A DNA stretch of 64,000 bases from Lingula anatina (taxonomy: Eukaryota; Animalia; Brachiopoda): contig CM120640.1 of assembly GCA_051362555.1 (NCBI GenBank), positions 41,394,788 through 41,458,787 of the forward strand, read 5' to 3'. Below, piece after piece: positions 12,901 to 25,700 of this stretch (position 1 is the stretch's first letter; every line of letters starts with the position of its first letter). A program made the translations under genes and the position numbers. The notes beneath the pieces are model-generated. The model was not told the DNA's origin. It did no database searches and saw only the letters and a list, made by a program, of their open reading frames with translations.

Positions 12901-15900
12901 CCACCAGCTGGAGTAAGCGCGATCGTATAGACCCCCCACACACACAAAAAAGGGACACCAACACCAGTCTTGTGCTTGACAAGTTGTAAAAAATGCAATC
13001 AACAAGAATTCTCAAAATATGCAAAAAATATATATAACTAAAAATGGTACAATCAAAGTTCAGTTCATAGTAAGGTAGGTCAAAGATCAATTTCAAGGTC
13101 ACAGTAAATTTCCAGTATATGACTTCCTATTCAAGTTCAATAGCAACTATGGACCTATCTATGCCAGTTTTGGAGATAAAAGGGAACCAAAATTTGCCAA
13201 GTTCAGTTCATGGTTAAAAGTAGGTCAAAGGTCAATTTCAAGGTCACACTTAGATTGCCAGTATATGACTTCCTATTCAACTTCAATAGTAACCATGGAC
13301 CTATCTATGCCAGTTTTGGAGATAAAAGGGAACCAAAATTTGCAAAGTGTAGTTCATGGTTAAAAGTAGGTCAAAGGTCAATCTTAAGGTCACAGTAAAT
13401 TGCCAGTATATGACTTACTATTTAAGTTCAATAGTAACTATGGACCTATCTATGCCAGTTTTGGAGATAAAAGGGAAAGAAAATTTGCAAAGTTCAGTTC
13501 ATGGTAAAAAGTAGGTCAAAGGTCAGTTTCAAGGTCACATTTAGATTGCCAGTATATGACTTCCTATTCAAGTTCAATAGTAACTATGGACCTATCTCTG
13601 CTAGTATTGGAGATAAAAGGGAACAAAATTTGCCGAGTTCAGTTCATGGTTAAAAGTAGGTCAAAGGTCAATTTTAAGGTCACGGTAAATTACCCCGTAT
13701 GACTTTCTATTCAAATTCAATAGTAACTTTGGGCATATCTCTGCCAGTTTTGAAAATAAAAGCATTAAAAGTTGCAAAGTTCAGTTTATGGTGTAAAGTA
13801 GGGCAAAGGTCAATTTCAAGGTCACATTTAGATTGCCAGTATATGACTTCCTATTCAAGTTCAATAGTAACTATGGACCTTTCTCTGCCAGTTTTGGAGA
13901 TAAAAGGGAAACAAAATTTGCAAAGTTCAGTTCATGGTGAAAAGTAGGTCAAAGGTCAATTTCAAGGTCACATTTAGATTGCCAGTATATGACTTCCTAT
14001 TCAAGTTCAATAGTAACTATGGACCTATCTCTGCCAGTTTTGGAGATAAAAGGGAAACAAAATTTGCAAAGTTCAGTTCATGGTGAAAAGTAGGTCAAAG
14101 GTCAATTTCAAGGTCACATTTAGATTGCCAGTATATGACTTCCTGTTCAACTTCAATAGTAACTATGGACCTATGTCTGCCAGATTTGGAGATATAAGGG
14201 ACTAAATGTTATAATTTTGGAATTACAATAATGTGCCATAAATTTCATACAGAAAAAAATTAATTAAAATAAAGAAAAGGTCATTTTGGTTGAAATTCTT
14301 GAAATGGGAGGTGCTCACAAGTTCCGGATGTTCAAATTTCATGAAATAATGTCATTTTTGACCAGAAGTTGTCTGCTTTGCCAAGCCTTAAGTTTTATTT
14401 TTCCAGAGTTCAAAATTTATCATCCATTACCGTACTGCACATTTTGCTTTCACCACCAATATGTACTTTTTGATACAGTGCAACTCGAAAACCGTATGGA
14501 ATACAAAAAAATGGAGGCTACCTCCTGTGTTGGGCTTTACATGCTCTACAAAATGCAAAAAAGAATGGGTCTCTAGCATTAACGGTAACCGAATTAGAGA
14601 CAGTTTTCAGTTTCGGTATCTTATGGCTGCTTCTCCCGCGAACATGCACCAATTGACCCCAAATTCACGGAGATGAAAGATGACCCCAAGGGTAACACTT
14701 TCCAATAATATTATTGGTACAGTCTGTGTGGTGTCTGAATAACAGCGCAAATGGTTTTTTTTCGTAAAAAATTGTTTTTTTGAAAATTTTGGCCCGTTTG
14801 ACCTTGAAATAAAGGTCAAAGGTCAAATCCAAGGGCATATTTGAAATCTACACATATGACTTTTGGAAAGCCGTCTGTAGAAAAATTTCCCATAATTCCT
14901 TCTGTAGGGTAGATAATTAGCATTTAATTTTGCCATTTTTGGACAAGGGTGCATTGCAATGAGTGCCACACCTAGACCCCGCTTCCGACAAAGCCCAAAT
15001 TTTACGTGGAACGAGTTGAGATTATAGGTGACCTAAATCCAAGAGATGGGCATGGAGGCCCTTATCGTCTAGGAGGAGAAGCGGTAACGGTGAGATGGCG
15101 GCGGAGCCAGAGGAGCCGGCGGAACATGCGGGTCGGGACTAAAACCATGTGTACCGCCAGCGCCTACGCTGGTGGTACAATAACTTTGTTGTATCCAAAC
15201 ATCTTATTTTCTCAACAATTTGAATCAACATGAGTGTTATACAAGTTTCAGTGTCATACCTTTACTTCCCATGGCCTCGGTTCTTCTTCTTGGACTGATT
15301 CTTCATTCTCTTGTTGCTTTTTTAGGAGAACTCTTTTTCCTCCTTCAAATAAGACAATGACTGTCATTTCACAACAGACTTTACCATGAGTTTCAGAGTC
15401 TCACTACTGGAAGCGAACTTGTATTATAAACATACCTATATTATTTCTAGCAGTATTTGCATTGTGCAAAGAAATGTCAGCATCAGTACTCTGAAACTCA
15501 AGGTGCTATGAGTATGAACACATGAAAAAGTATCATTGAAAAAAATTTTTGTTCAAAATTATTTTAACTGATGTACCATTTGTTACATAAATTTCGGTTT
15601 GGCCAGATTATGAAACAAAGATATTATCAATATAATATATAATAAATGAAAACTTGATTGTGTGAAAAGAAAAATGATAATATTTATGCAAATACACTTA
15701 CTCTTTTAACAAGCTAATAATTTGACTACACTTTTACATAATTTCTACTTTGTAATAGGTATATCCATCTGTACACATACCAATGAAGTTCTTATTTCTC
15801 CTTAAAGCTTGGTCCACGTCAGTCTCCTTTGCAAATCTTACAAATGCTACCCCTGAAAGAGGGGAAAATTAATTTTCATGCATGTTGGTACATTAATTTC

Positions 15901-18900
15901 ATTCATTTGTTGCAGCATTAAAAAAACTGCACAAAAATAAAATTCAGTTTCAGTTAAAACATTTTGTGGACATCTTTTACATTGGCCAGAACATAAGATG
16001 GTAAAAACTCTACAGGAAATTTTCAGAGATAATGAAACAGGTGTAATTTTTATACTGTTGACCACAATGGTGATGATTAAATCATACCAATTGTCCTTTT
16101 CTTCGCATTCCTGGGTATACGTATGGATTTAACAATGAGCGGGGTAAAAAATTCCTTGATCTGTTTCTGTAAAATACAAATTTAAATAACAACAACAATA
16201 ATAATAACAATTACAAGTAGAAGATAAAAAGAAGAAAAGATGCAGCATTAAAACATTTTCATAAATTGTGCAAATATATATATTATCTCAAATATAAAAA
16301 GCTTACAAACCTCCTTAATGTTTGTAGGTAATCCTCTCATTTTTACCACATACTCTGAAGAGTCTACTGCATCCATGCTCTGAAAAGTATAACAAATATC
16401 TAAACCATCATTCTTCAAATGTATAATGACCACTAAAAAGCTTACACAGCTGCATCTATAAAATAGCAGAATCTCAATTCATTCAATGACTACAATCCTG
16501 ACATCTGTTGTGACTATATAAAGAACATACTTTACTTGTCATTTTGTCATATAACTGATTCAGCCTAATTCACAACCTTGTACTGATATAATTCCACTCA
16601 CTCTGTTTTCTCTTGTTGTTTCCTCTTCCTCCTGTTTATCATCATCTTCATCCTCATCTGTGTCTGACTCACTGGAGCTTGTATCACTCAGCAAGCCACT
16701 GGACTTCATTTTGGATTTGAGGTACTAGGACAAAAAACAGGACACTCTATATACATGTATGAGTTATAACTGTGAGAAAGTTTGACAATGAAATGTCCTT
16801 TTCTAGAAAAAAATTAACTGTGTCATGAAATTTATTTACACATATATATAACAATATGTATGTCAAGTCCATACCATCAAACATATGAATGGTGCCAGTA
16901 TGTTTTTCCTTCTAACTTAACTAGATAGCTTGCGCTGGGTGACTCCCATTTACAACATACCATAAGACATAATTATCAAACATAACAAATAATTTCTCAA
17001 TTTGAGGTATGTGGGAAAATTATAAAATAATAATATACTCAGCTTACAACTTACAATAAGTGTTAACCTACCTCCATATCTGACAGTTGTCTGTTCTCAA
17101 CCGTGACAGAATTTTTGTTTTCTGACACCTCTGGAGATTGCTCTATAAATGCAAAAGCATTCCTACATCAGAACACCATAAAGTTGTCAAAACATGCAAA
17201 ATCATATAAAGAGAGATACTTAAATTGGACTTAGTTACACTCATTAACACAGTATTCACTATGGACATTTTATGTTCGATAAGCAAAAAACAAATTTTTT
17301 CTATTTCAGTGAATGATTATGGTATATCCCACCTTTTATATCTTCAGTCTCTTCGTCTTCAGCATCACTCTCCTCACTACTTCCCTTCTTTTCCTGTTCC
17401 TCATCGCTTGCTTCAGCTGCATGCTGCCTTGAGATATTGTCATTCAGGTTCACAGTATCATTGCCCCATGTGGACTTTGTGCTTCTGTTTTTGTGTATAT
17501 CTAGGAATTCTTGGAATTCGGGATCATCTTTCAACTGAAATCCAAGATAGCATTATGCCAATAATTGTCGGCTTTGTCTATTTTTAGAGATGCAATCTAC
17601 CATGTTAATAACAAATGTGATAAGGTACTTATTAACTATTAATATATTAATTGTCCTTGAATATTGTCAACAGTTCATCTGTTTGTAATATTACAGTCAA
17701 TTACCAATAAAAAAAATATGTCCAGCATCTGTATGAGGCTACAACAAGTTGATCCGCGGACTAACAGATCCAAGGCTAAATATGGCTCACTCACTTAAAC
17801 GCAACACCGACTAATCTCCTGATGGCCTTCATGCCTCCACCTGCGCTACTGCTGCAATTAAACCTCAGAGCCAAGATTTAATTCATTTAATGGCACGTGT
17901 GGAGGTGGGGAGACCATCAGGGTATTAAGCGACACTGCTTTTAAGTGAGGTCAGCCATATTTAGTCAGCGGATCAGTTAGTTTGTGGATCATCTGTTCTG
18001 AGTGCTCTCTTATTCTACATAGTTTCTGTGAGTGTTCGAACTAAATATGGGTACATGAAAATAACACAATTAAAGGTAATTTCATAGCAGTAATACTTAC
18101 ATCACCCAGTAAACTTTGTATCTTTTCCTCTCTCTTTTTCTTTTTCATCTCCTTAGCTTTCTGTAAAATATGAGGTAAATTCTATACCAGCACTAACTTC
18201 ACACAATAGAACATCATAATAGATTAGTGATTTCATTTTCCTCATGAAAAAAATACATTTTGTGAGTAACAGAATGGTTTCAGTTGATACAAACAAATTG
18301 TGATAAACTGATAATCAAATCAAATACACACACTTCACTAGATAAATATCAAAATGCTTGATCTCATATTTGCAAACATGACAATCAGTCTACATTTCAT
18401 TTTTCTATATTGTGTCTCACCTTTTTAGAATCTTTAATACTTTTCTTTTCATCTTGATCCTGCAGTTTGCTGTTTTTCTTCTGGTATGAAGAGCTGTCCT
18501 TGGAGTATTTACTCCATGCTCTGGGTTTGTTTGCATCACCAAAGTCATGTGCAACTTCAACCTTTTTGATAACAAAATAGAAAATAAATTTTATATACTT
18601 AAGTACTGTGGTAATATATAATATTGAAGGCCATTTCACAGATTAATTAGATATTATTTCTGATTACTTTAATTTCAAAAATTAGACAGAATTTACTGAA
18701 TTTATCTTTTGTCAAACACTGTAAACAAATTTCATACAAATGCGCTTTTTAAATTGTAATATCCACCGGAAAATTCATTTATATACAAGTTATAAACTAA
18801 AGCTAAAGTACATTTACAAAAACTGCATATCATACCACAATCTTGGAGGTATTAACAAACGTGTTATTGTGACGCTTCAGTGCAGTAGCCGCTTCTTCTG

Positions 18901-19281
18901 CAGTCTTGTATCCCACAAACGCAAACCTTCTGAAGACTCCGTCTTTAGTATATTTCATAGAAAGGTCAGTGATGTGGCCCTTGTGACTGAACAACTCCCT
19001 CAACCGCTCCTCCTTAATCTTAAAGAGAACGCAAGGAAATAACCAATATAGCGATAAACGTTGAACATCTAGTGTGATGATGGCAACTAAAGGAGAGTGC
19101 AAGCAAGGTTGGTTATTTATTAGAAAGTTTATTCATGTTTACGTTCAAAATAAATTGTTTCAAAAAATGAAATCCCAAGTGCTTCTTTAAATCTTAGTGT
19201 TTTCTAGTTGGTTTCATTCATAAATCGTGTTTATCATGTACTTACATCCTTAGGGAGACCCTTCACAATCAACCTAGACAT
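3990..19281 (-). CDS. RBM19: RNA-binding protein 19 (multi-RRM nucleolar ribosome biogenesis factor, Mrd1 orthologue); about 25 coding exons
   Basis: Starts MSRLIVKGLPKD (exon 19246-19281, GT donor), then RRM1 IKEERLRELFSHKGHITDLSMKYTKDGVFRRFAFVGY (18836-19018). Family motifs: MKDDPEFQEFL-like segment, SGRLYVRNLSYLCTEEDL, SHNWNSLFLGANAVAD, VGVRMALGETHVV, VPLYLEWAP, TFGEIKSVRLPKK..HRGFGFVDF (7376-7481), RAFNALCHSTHLFGRRLVLEWAD (about 4951-5076). Last exon 3990-4057 ends in TGA. Splice sites checked are GT-AG. Confidence 0.95.
11577..12387. mobile_element. Foldback MITE with long terminal inverted repeats in an RBM19 intron
   Basis: Ends AGGACAATTCCCCC / GGGGGAATTGTCCT, with tandem GGACAATTCCCCC copies at the left end. 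Long imperfect inverted arms at about 11660-11820 and 12170-12355. Flanked by CATGCAAC direct repeats at 11569-11576 and 12388-12395 (8-9 bp TSD, MULE- or hAT-like). Confidence 0.8.
12859..15181 (-). mobile_element. Non-autonomous Helentron/HINE-like element, family A, copy 1 (RBM19 intron)
   Basis: Reverse complement of 24598-26922. Sub-terminal IR TTGTACCACCAGC at both ends, 5' hairpin, short GC-rich micro-repeat, internal 146-bp tandem array, 3' stem-loop GAGGCG-GTAT-CGCCTC, terminus CTCTAGTT, no TSD. Confidence 0.85.
13050..14200. repeat. Tandem array of about 146-bp units (about 8 copies) inside family A copy 1
   Basis: AGGTCAC anchor at 13096, 13241, 13387, 13532, 13677, 13819, 13965 and 14111. 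Confidence 0.95.
17750..17991. mobile_element. Palindromic (hairpin) MITE-like element of about 240 bp in an RBM19 intron
   Basis: Left arm TGATCC..ACTAAC..GATCC..CTAAATATGGCT..CTCACTTAAA..CCTGATGG..CCTCCAC is mirrored by the right arm GTGGAGG..CCATCAGG..TTTAAGTGAG..AGCCATATTTAG..GGATC..GTTAGT..GGATCA. Confidence 0.7.
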
Positions 19282-19479
19282 AATTATCACATCAAGTCTG
19301 TACCATCACATCGATGCTGGACCATGTGTACCGGAAATGTGTTTGTGTTCAATACTCCGCACGTAAGAGAATTCCTGACTATGATTGGTGCGTTCTATCG
19401 AAGCAACAAAAAAGACGTCAACTCAACTCGACCGTGTTTATGTTTTCCTCCTGCTAGACGCACTAAGCCGCTGGTAAAG
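19282..19479. promoter_or_regulatory. Bidirectional promoter RBM19/UBE3B, including a UBE3B 5' UTR exon
   Basis: About 200 bp between the RBM19 ATG (19281) and the UBE3B UTR-exon donor AAG|GTATGT (19480). CpG-enriched. ETS-like TACCGGAAAT at 19329-19338, ATTGG (CCAAT) at about 19385, ATCGAT at 19310. Confidence 0.65.
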
Positions 19480-19777
19480 GTATGTTTGCAACACTTTTGA
19501 TGCACAGCAAATGAACATCAATAATGTTTCTTAGGTGGTGTAAGCCTCAAATTAGATGACAACTGCGCTTATTCTCCCTGACTAGGGCCCAGGATATAAC
19601 TGTTTCAGAGACACCTTTCTCATCCCCCTCTCTACCCTTAAGACAAGGGTAGGAAGGGGGAGGGGGTTGCGTTTATGGGAAGGTTTTTTTACTTTCACTC
19701 ACCCCATGTTCAAGTACTTTTCAATTAGGTAGTATTATATATTTTTATTTTTGTGTATTTTTTTTATTTTTAGGACT

Positions 19778-22700
19778 ATGTTTACCAAGGCCGACAGTGC
19801 TAAAAAGACTGCTTTTCTAGAACAAGCCAAGGCAGCCAGGGAAGAGAGGGCACAAGAGAAACAGAGAGAGGAGGCAGCTGTAAAAATACAGGTAAAATAT
19901 CACAAAGCATGAGGCATACATCACGTAAAATGTTGTATGAAAAACAATTTTTTAGTAAAATATCTATAAAAATTAATCTGTCCCTGTTTCAGGCAACAGC
20001 AAGAGGCTTTATTTCAAGAAGAAGACTCAGAAATGAGATATGGTCAGTAAAGCAAAATGTTGTCATGTTTGTTACATTATCACCTAAAGTTCACCACATG
20101 GTCAGTGCTAATGTGCACAGATTGATACGCTGTCACATCACATATACAGACCAATAATCCAACTTGAAAAGAAGAAACAAAAATACATCTAGATTATTGC
20201 ACGGTGCCTTAGTTTTTTTTTTTGACTCAATCAACACACTAAGACAATTAATACAGCAATTTACCTATTATACTATCAAAATTATGTTGGTGCAAAGAGC
20301 TTCAGAAGCAAGCCATTTTAATTGAACAATACTTGGAAAAAATATGTTGTTTATTAACTTTTATAGTTTTAGTCAAGCATGTGGTGCAGCTAGAATTACA
20401 AAAAAAAAATTTTTTTTGCAGGCGAGAAGTGGATGTCCTCCTAGAGATTCCCACTTCTGCTGAAGAGGAATACAAACCATCCTTGAAACCAGGTAACTTG
20501 CCAACAATGCTGAAACTAAGACACTAAGAAATAGCACTGGAAAATTCATGTATCAATGTGGTCTTGTACATTATAAAGTGATCATTGATAAAGTTTTAAA
20601 AAAGAGTTTATTGATAAGATGAAAGTTTGTAACACAATCTTAAACTATACAGATATGTGTATATCTTCCTTGATGTATGGCTGTGGTAAATTGATTATTA
20701 TTTATAATACACTTTGATTTTTTTTTTTGCTTTATTATAATTAGTTAGTATTTATTTCCCTTTTTCATTACCAATTGGTTTTACTTTTATCTACCTTCAG
20801 CTTTGGTGACCTTTGCAGTTGTGAAGAGATTTCTGTTTTTGTTGAATGAAGACAAAGATGCAGAGGTGATCACTATGCTGTTTTTTAAGTGGATCATGTT
20901 ACTAAAAAGTAGCACCATTGTTTCATTTAAAGATAGAGGTGACCTCTCTTAAGCACCTAGAAGATATAAATTAAAAAATGGTGTAAATATATATTTCACT
21001 ATATCAGTAAAAGTGAATTGGAAAGCATATGGAATAAAGTCTAAAGACTTACCTGAACCATATTTGATTTTATTTCCCCAGAAATTCCAGTACTTGTGCA
21101 AGTACATCCTGTTTACCATGTCTTCAGACCAGGTTAAGGTAGGGAAGATGTTGGGTTTATCATCATTTACTTTTTATTTAAAAACAACTGACAGAAATTC
21201 AAAATGTTTACCCTATAGTGTAATCGATACTTGGCAACAACCTGTTTCCTTACAGGTCAGAAAGAGTTTATCTTTTCCTCATACTAGAATGGGAGTTTGC
21301 CATTTTTTTGCAGTTCTCCTATGTGTCTGTTGCACTCTCTAAGAGCCATGTGGTAGCATGGATCCAGCAGTTGAAAGAAGTGTTGTGGCACTGTTGTAGA
21401 TATCTCAAAGTGCTTAAGGTAGGATGACAGTAGTGCTCTGCATGGCTGTGTGTGTTACCCTGTGAATATGAATGCTCTGTTTTGTGATAGTTCTGGTGCC
21501 TAGTTCAAAGTAAGACAAACCTGAGCCAGGGTGATCACATCAACTGAATGTCCAAGTAAAAGCAGTTATCTTTATCATTGTTACTTACTAAGTATAATGT
21601 GTGTGTGTGCGCGTGCGTGTATGTGTGTGTTTTGACCATTAAGACTTACATTTATTGATAAATTTAATTTCAGCCTGAGTCTGTGTCTGGTATCAAAGCA
21701 ATCACAGTATACCTTCACATGTTGCTCACATTCACCAGTACTACAACCTGGAAGATTTTACAAGGGAAAGCAGGTAACTGTATTAATATAATAATGGAAT
21801 ATAGTGACTTTGTAATAGTACAATTATAAATGAGAGCCATGTAACTGATAGCAAATGTAATAGTTCACTACAGATTTAATTTTAATCAAAAGTTTAGTAG
21901 GAAATTTTATATAATGCTTTGTTGTGTATATATTATAAATCAATATTTTGTTTTTCAGGGGAGGCGTTAAAACCAGGTATGTCTCAGCTGTGCAACAATG
22001 TGATGGGACATCTTAACTCTAGAGGATTGTATCCTGTCTTTCAGGTAAGGAAACACTCAACACTCACCTAGGTCTGATATATCATATAAAATTGATGGGA
22101 TAGACATATATGGTATTTATACACGTCAGCTAAAAAGGTTGAGTTGGGATCCCCACTTGCTGCAGGTGGCTGTCTTTATCTTCCTCACAGACTGAGTGTT
22201 TGAAGTTTTTGCCTCCTGAATACCAACATTAATTGTGACATATTCTGATCCTTATAATTTCAGTAATTATAATTGAATTTTTTTAATTTAGTTATATTTA
22301 TACCTTTCAGAGTTTGCTGATCAAAGGTCTAGCCAGATCAAAGCCCAGTTTTACCAAAGGCACACTTTCAGCAGTGATAACAGTGGCTGTGAGGTTTGTA
22401 AAAATTTCCTAATATCTTAAACTACATGCTTACTACCAATATATATGCATCTGGATGGCGATAGTAGTGTTCAGGTTATTTTGATTTCCATTAATAAAAA
22501 GAGACATTTTTTTCTGTTTCAGGCCACTTATTGCTGCCAACTTCTCAGACAGTTTGTTAACAGTATTCCTCTTGCATATCCTATCTGTCCCCGCTGTAGT
22601 GTACCATACTTCACATCTGGCTCAAGAGGTAATATTATCCCAGGCACTAAGTCAATAGGTTAGACTTGTAGTGAGATGTATGATGTTACAGGCTGTCTTG

Positions 22701-25700
22701 AAGAGAGCTGTCTGCAATTTGTAAAGAATAAATGAATAAATAATGTAATAAGCCATTGTGGTTTTATGATTTATTATAATTTGTCACTGTTTGTTGGCAT
22801 CATCATCATCACCATGTGCCCTGCAACATAACACTGGTTTTTCTCTGCAGTGTCTTTCAGTGTTGGTAACACACAGGATGTTCAAGAGAAGCTTGGACCT
22901 ACTCTGCAATGAGCAGAGCACGAGGATAATCTTTAATTCATTGGAAGGAAATTATGCCTTGTGTTTGCTGGGTAAGAATCTTTCTGTGTCTTTTATTTCA
23001 TTTGTGTGTATAACTTGTTTTAATGTTTTATTGATTTGCTGATTCAGTTTATATACTGTATATGTTTTATGATTTGATTAATCGATTAGAAAAATTGCAA
23101 CTAATGGTCATTATATTTTGCAGCCAACCTCATTCAACTGGCAGATGCAGAAATTGAGGTGAGAGGGTCTTTGAATTATACAGACCTTAATATTTTTCAG
23201 GGAATTCTCAGCTTGCATTTTATGGATTGATTTATTCTGTAATACTCTTTGAAATGAATTTTTATATAATGTTTATTTGCACTTAAAATAGTTGGATTAT
23301 ACAATATTTTCTTAAAACTAATACAATTTTTTAATGCATAAAATAAAATGAGGTAACAATTAATTCTTTTTTGTACAGGGACTGGTGGAAAGTACACCAA
23401 ATTTCTTGGTAAGTTAAAAGAACTTTTGCTTCAGAAATGAAATAAATGTAATGTCATATAATGTTTTTAGACTTGTTTGACAAAAACTATATTATTAGCC
23501 CATGCTTATGGAAAATAAATCAAACAGATACAATTGGACTGAGAAAGTTCAAACTTGTCAATGTGAGATTGTGCAAAATGAGCGTAATATGATAATTATA
23601 TAACTTGCTACAAATTCCATATTGTAGAATGTGGTTAACAAGTTATTGGAGTGCTGTGAGCGTTATGTTCAGAGTAAGAAGTCCAACCTAACACACTGGC
23701 ACCCTGTGCTGGGCTGGTTTTCACAGAAGACAGACCAGAGGCAAGTATAATAAAACACCAAAATCTATGAATTTAGAAAAAAAGTTTAATAATTACATTT
23801 TTTGTATTAAGACCTGTGGTAAAAATATGTAAAGTGTAGAGCCAGTCCATAAAATAAAAAGGTAATATTAAGAAAAAAAAAGAAAGGAAAAATTATTAAA
23901 GTAAACTTATTGATTCTCATTGCCTGTGTTTACTCTAGTCTTCATGAAGCCATGCCATATGTAACCAAACAGCTCCAGCTGCTGTGGAGCCCCAAGATAG
24001 TGAAGATCCTTTTATCTGACCTGCTGGCCCACAACCAGTGCAAGGCCAGGGAGGAACAGCAGACAGCAGCAAGACAGCAGGCAAAGAGCACAAGTAAATA
24101 TAATTTGGATCAGTTGTACTTCCTTGTTTCTGATTGAGACCAATTTTCTGTTTCATACAAATCTGAGTGAAACCATAAGCAAATATAGTCTTTATCAAGA
24201 AGAAGATATTTATGCAAGGTTGAGTATAATAATCATATTTTGTCTTAATTTAATATCTAGTATGTTGACTGTTATCATTATATTTGTGCGTTTGGCTTTC
24301 CTTATTTCAGATATCATTAAGAAAGCTTTGGAGAAAGCATCCACAAAGAGTAGCAGTGTGCGTATAAAGCTGAATAGTCCAGTGGCTTTGTCAACTTGTG
24401 CTGCCTGTGGAATGTACCAGACAGCTCTCAGGACTCTCACACAGCTGAGACTAGATATACTGGCAGGTAAGTGGCATGTACCAGACAGCTCTCAGGACTC
24501 TCACACATCTGAGACTAGATATACTGGCAGGTAAGTGGCATGTACCAGACGGCTCTCAGGACTCTCACATAGTTGAGACTGGATATACTGGCAGGTAATT
24601 GTACCACCAGCGCAGGTAATTGTACCACCAGCTTTGCACATGGTTTTAGTCCCAACCCGTATGTTCCGCCGGCTCCTGCGGCTCCGCCGGCTCCGCCGGC
24701 TCCTGCGGCTCCTGCGGCTCCGCCGCCAAGTCACCGTTACCGCTTCTCCTCCTAGACGGTAAGGGTCTCCATACCCATCTCTTGGATTTAGGTCACCTAT
24801 AATCTCAACTCGTTCCACGTAAAATTTGGGCTTTGTCGGTATTGGGGTCTAGGTGTGGCGCTCATTGCAATGCACCCTTGTCCAAAAATGGCAAAATTAA
24901 ATGCTAATTATCTCCCCTACAGAAGGAATTATGGGAAAATTTTCTACAGACAGCTTTCCAAAAGTCATATGTGTAGATTTCAAATATGCCCTTGGATTTG
25001 ACCTTTGACCTTTATTTCAAGGTCAAACGGGCCAAAATTTTCAAAAAAACAAAATTTTTGCCAAAAAAAAAATTTTTTGCGCTCTTATTCAGACACCACA
25101 CAGACTTAACTAATAATATTAATGGAAAGTGTTACCCTTCGGGTCATCTTTCATCTCCGTGAATTTGGGGTCAATCGGTGCATTTTCACGGGAGTAGCGG
25201 CCATAAGATATCAAAACTGAAAACTGTCTCTAATTCGGGAACCGTTAATGCTAGACACCCATTCTTTTTTGCATTATGTAGAGCATGTAAAGCCCAACAC
25301 TGGAGGTGGTCTCCATTTTTTTGTATTCCATACGGTTTTCGAGTTACGCTTTATCAAAAAGTACATATTGGTGGTGAAAGCAAAATGTGCAGGCTTGGCA
25401 AAGCAGACAACTTGTGGTCAAAAATGACATTATTTCATCAAATATGAACATCTGGAACTTCAGAGCACCTCCCATTTCAAGAATTTTGACCAAAATGACC
25501 TTTTCTTTATTTTAATTAATTTTTTTCTGTAGGAAATTTATGGCACACTATGGTAACTCCAATATTATACCATTTAGTCCCTTATATCTCCAAAACTGGC
25601 AGAGATAGGTCCATAGTTTCTATTGAACTTGAATAGGAAGTCATATACTGGCAATCTAAACGTGACCTTAAAATTGACCTTTGACCTACTTTTCACCATG

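Noticed and set aside
13050-14200. Regularly spaced repeats resembling a CRISPR array
   Set aside because: Whole units are repeated with no unique spacers, the context is a eukaryotic intron, and no cas genes are present.
24501-24818. [18 protein letters not shown].. present twice (also 15006-15233)
   Set aside because: GTG-started, lies in the 5' end of the non-autonomous HINE, length depends on the 9-bp micro-repeat, and shows no Rep or helicase motifs.
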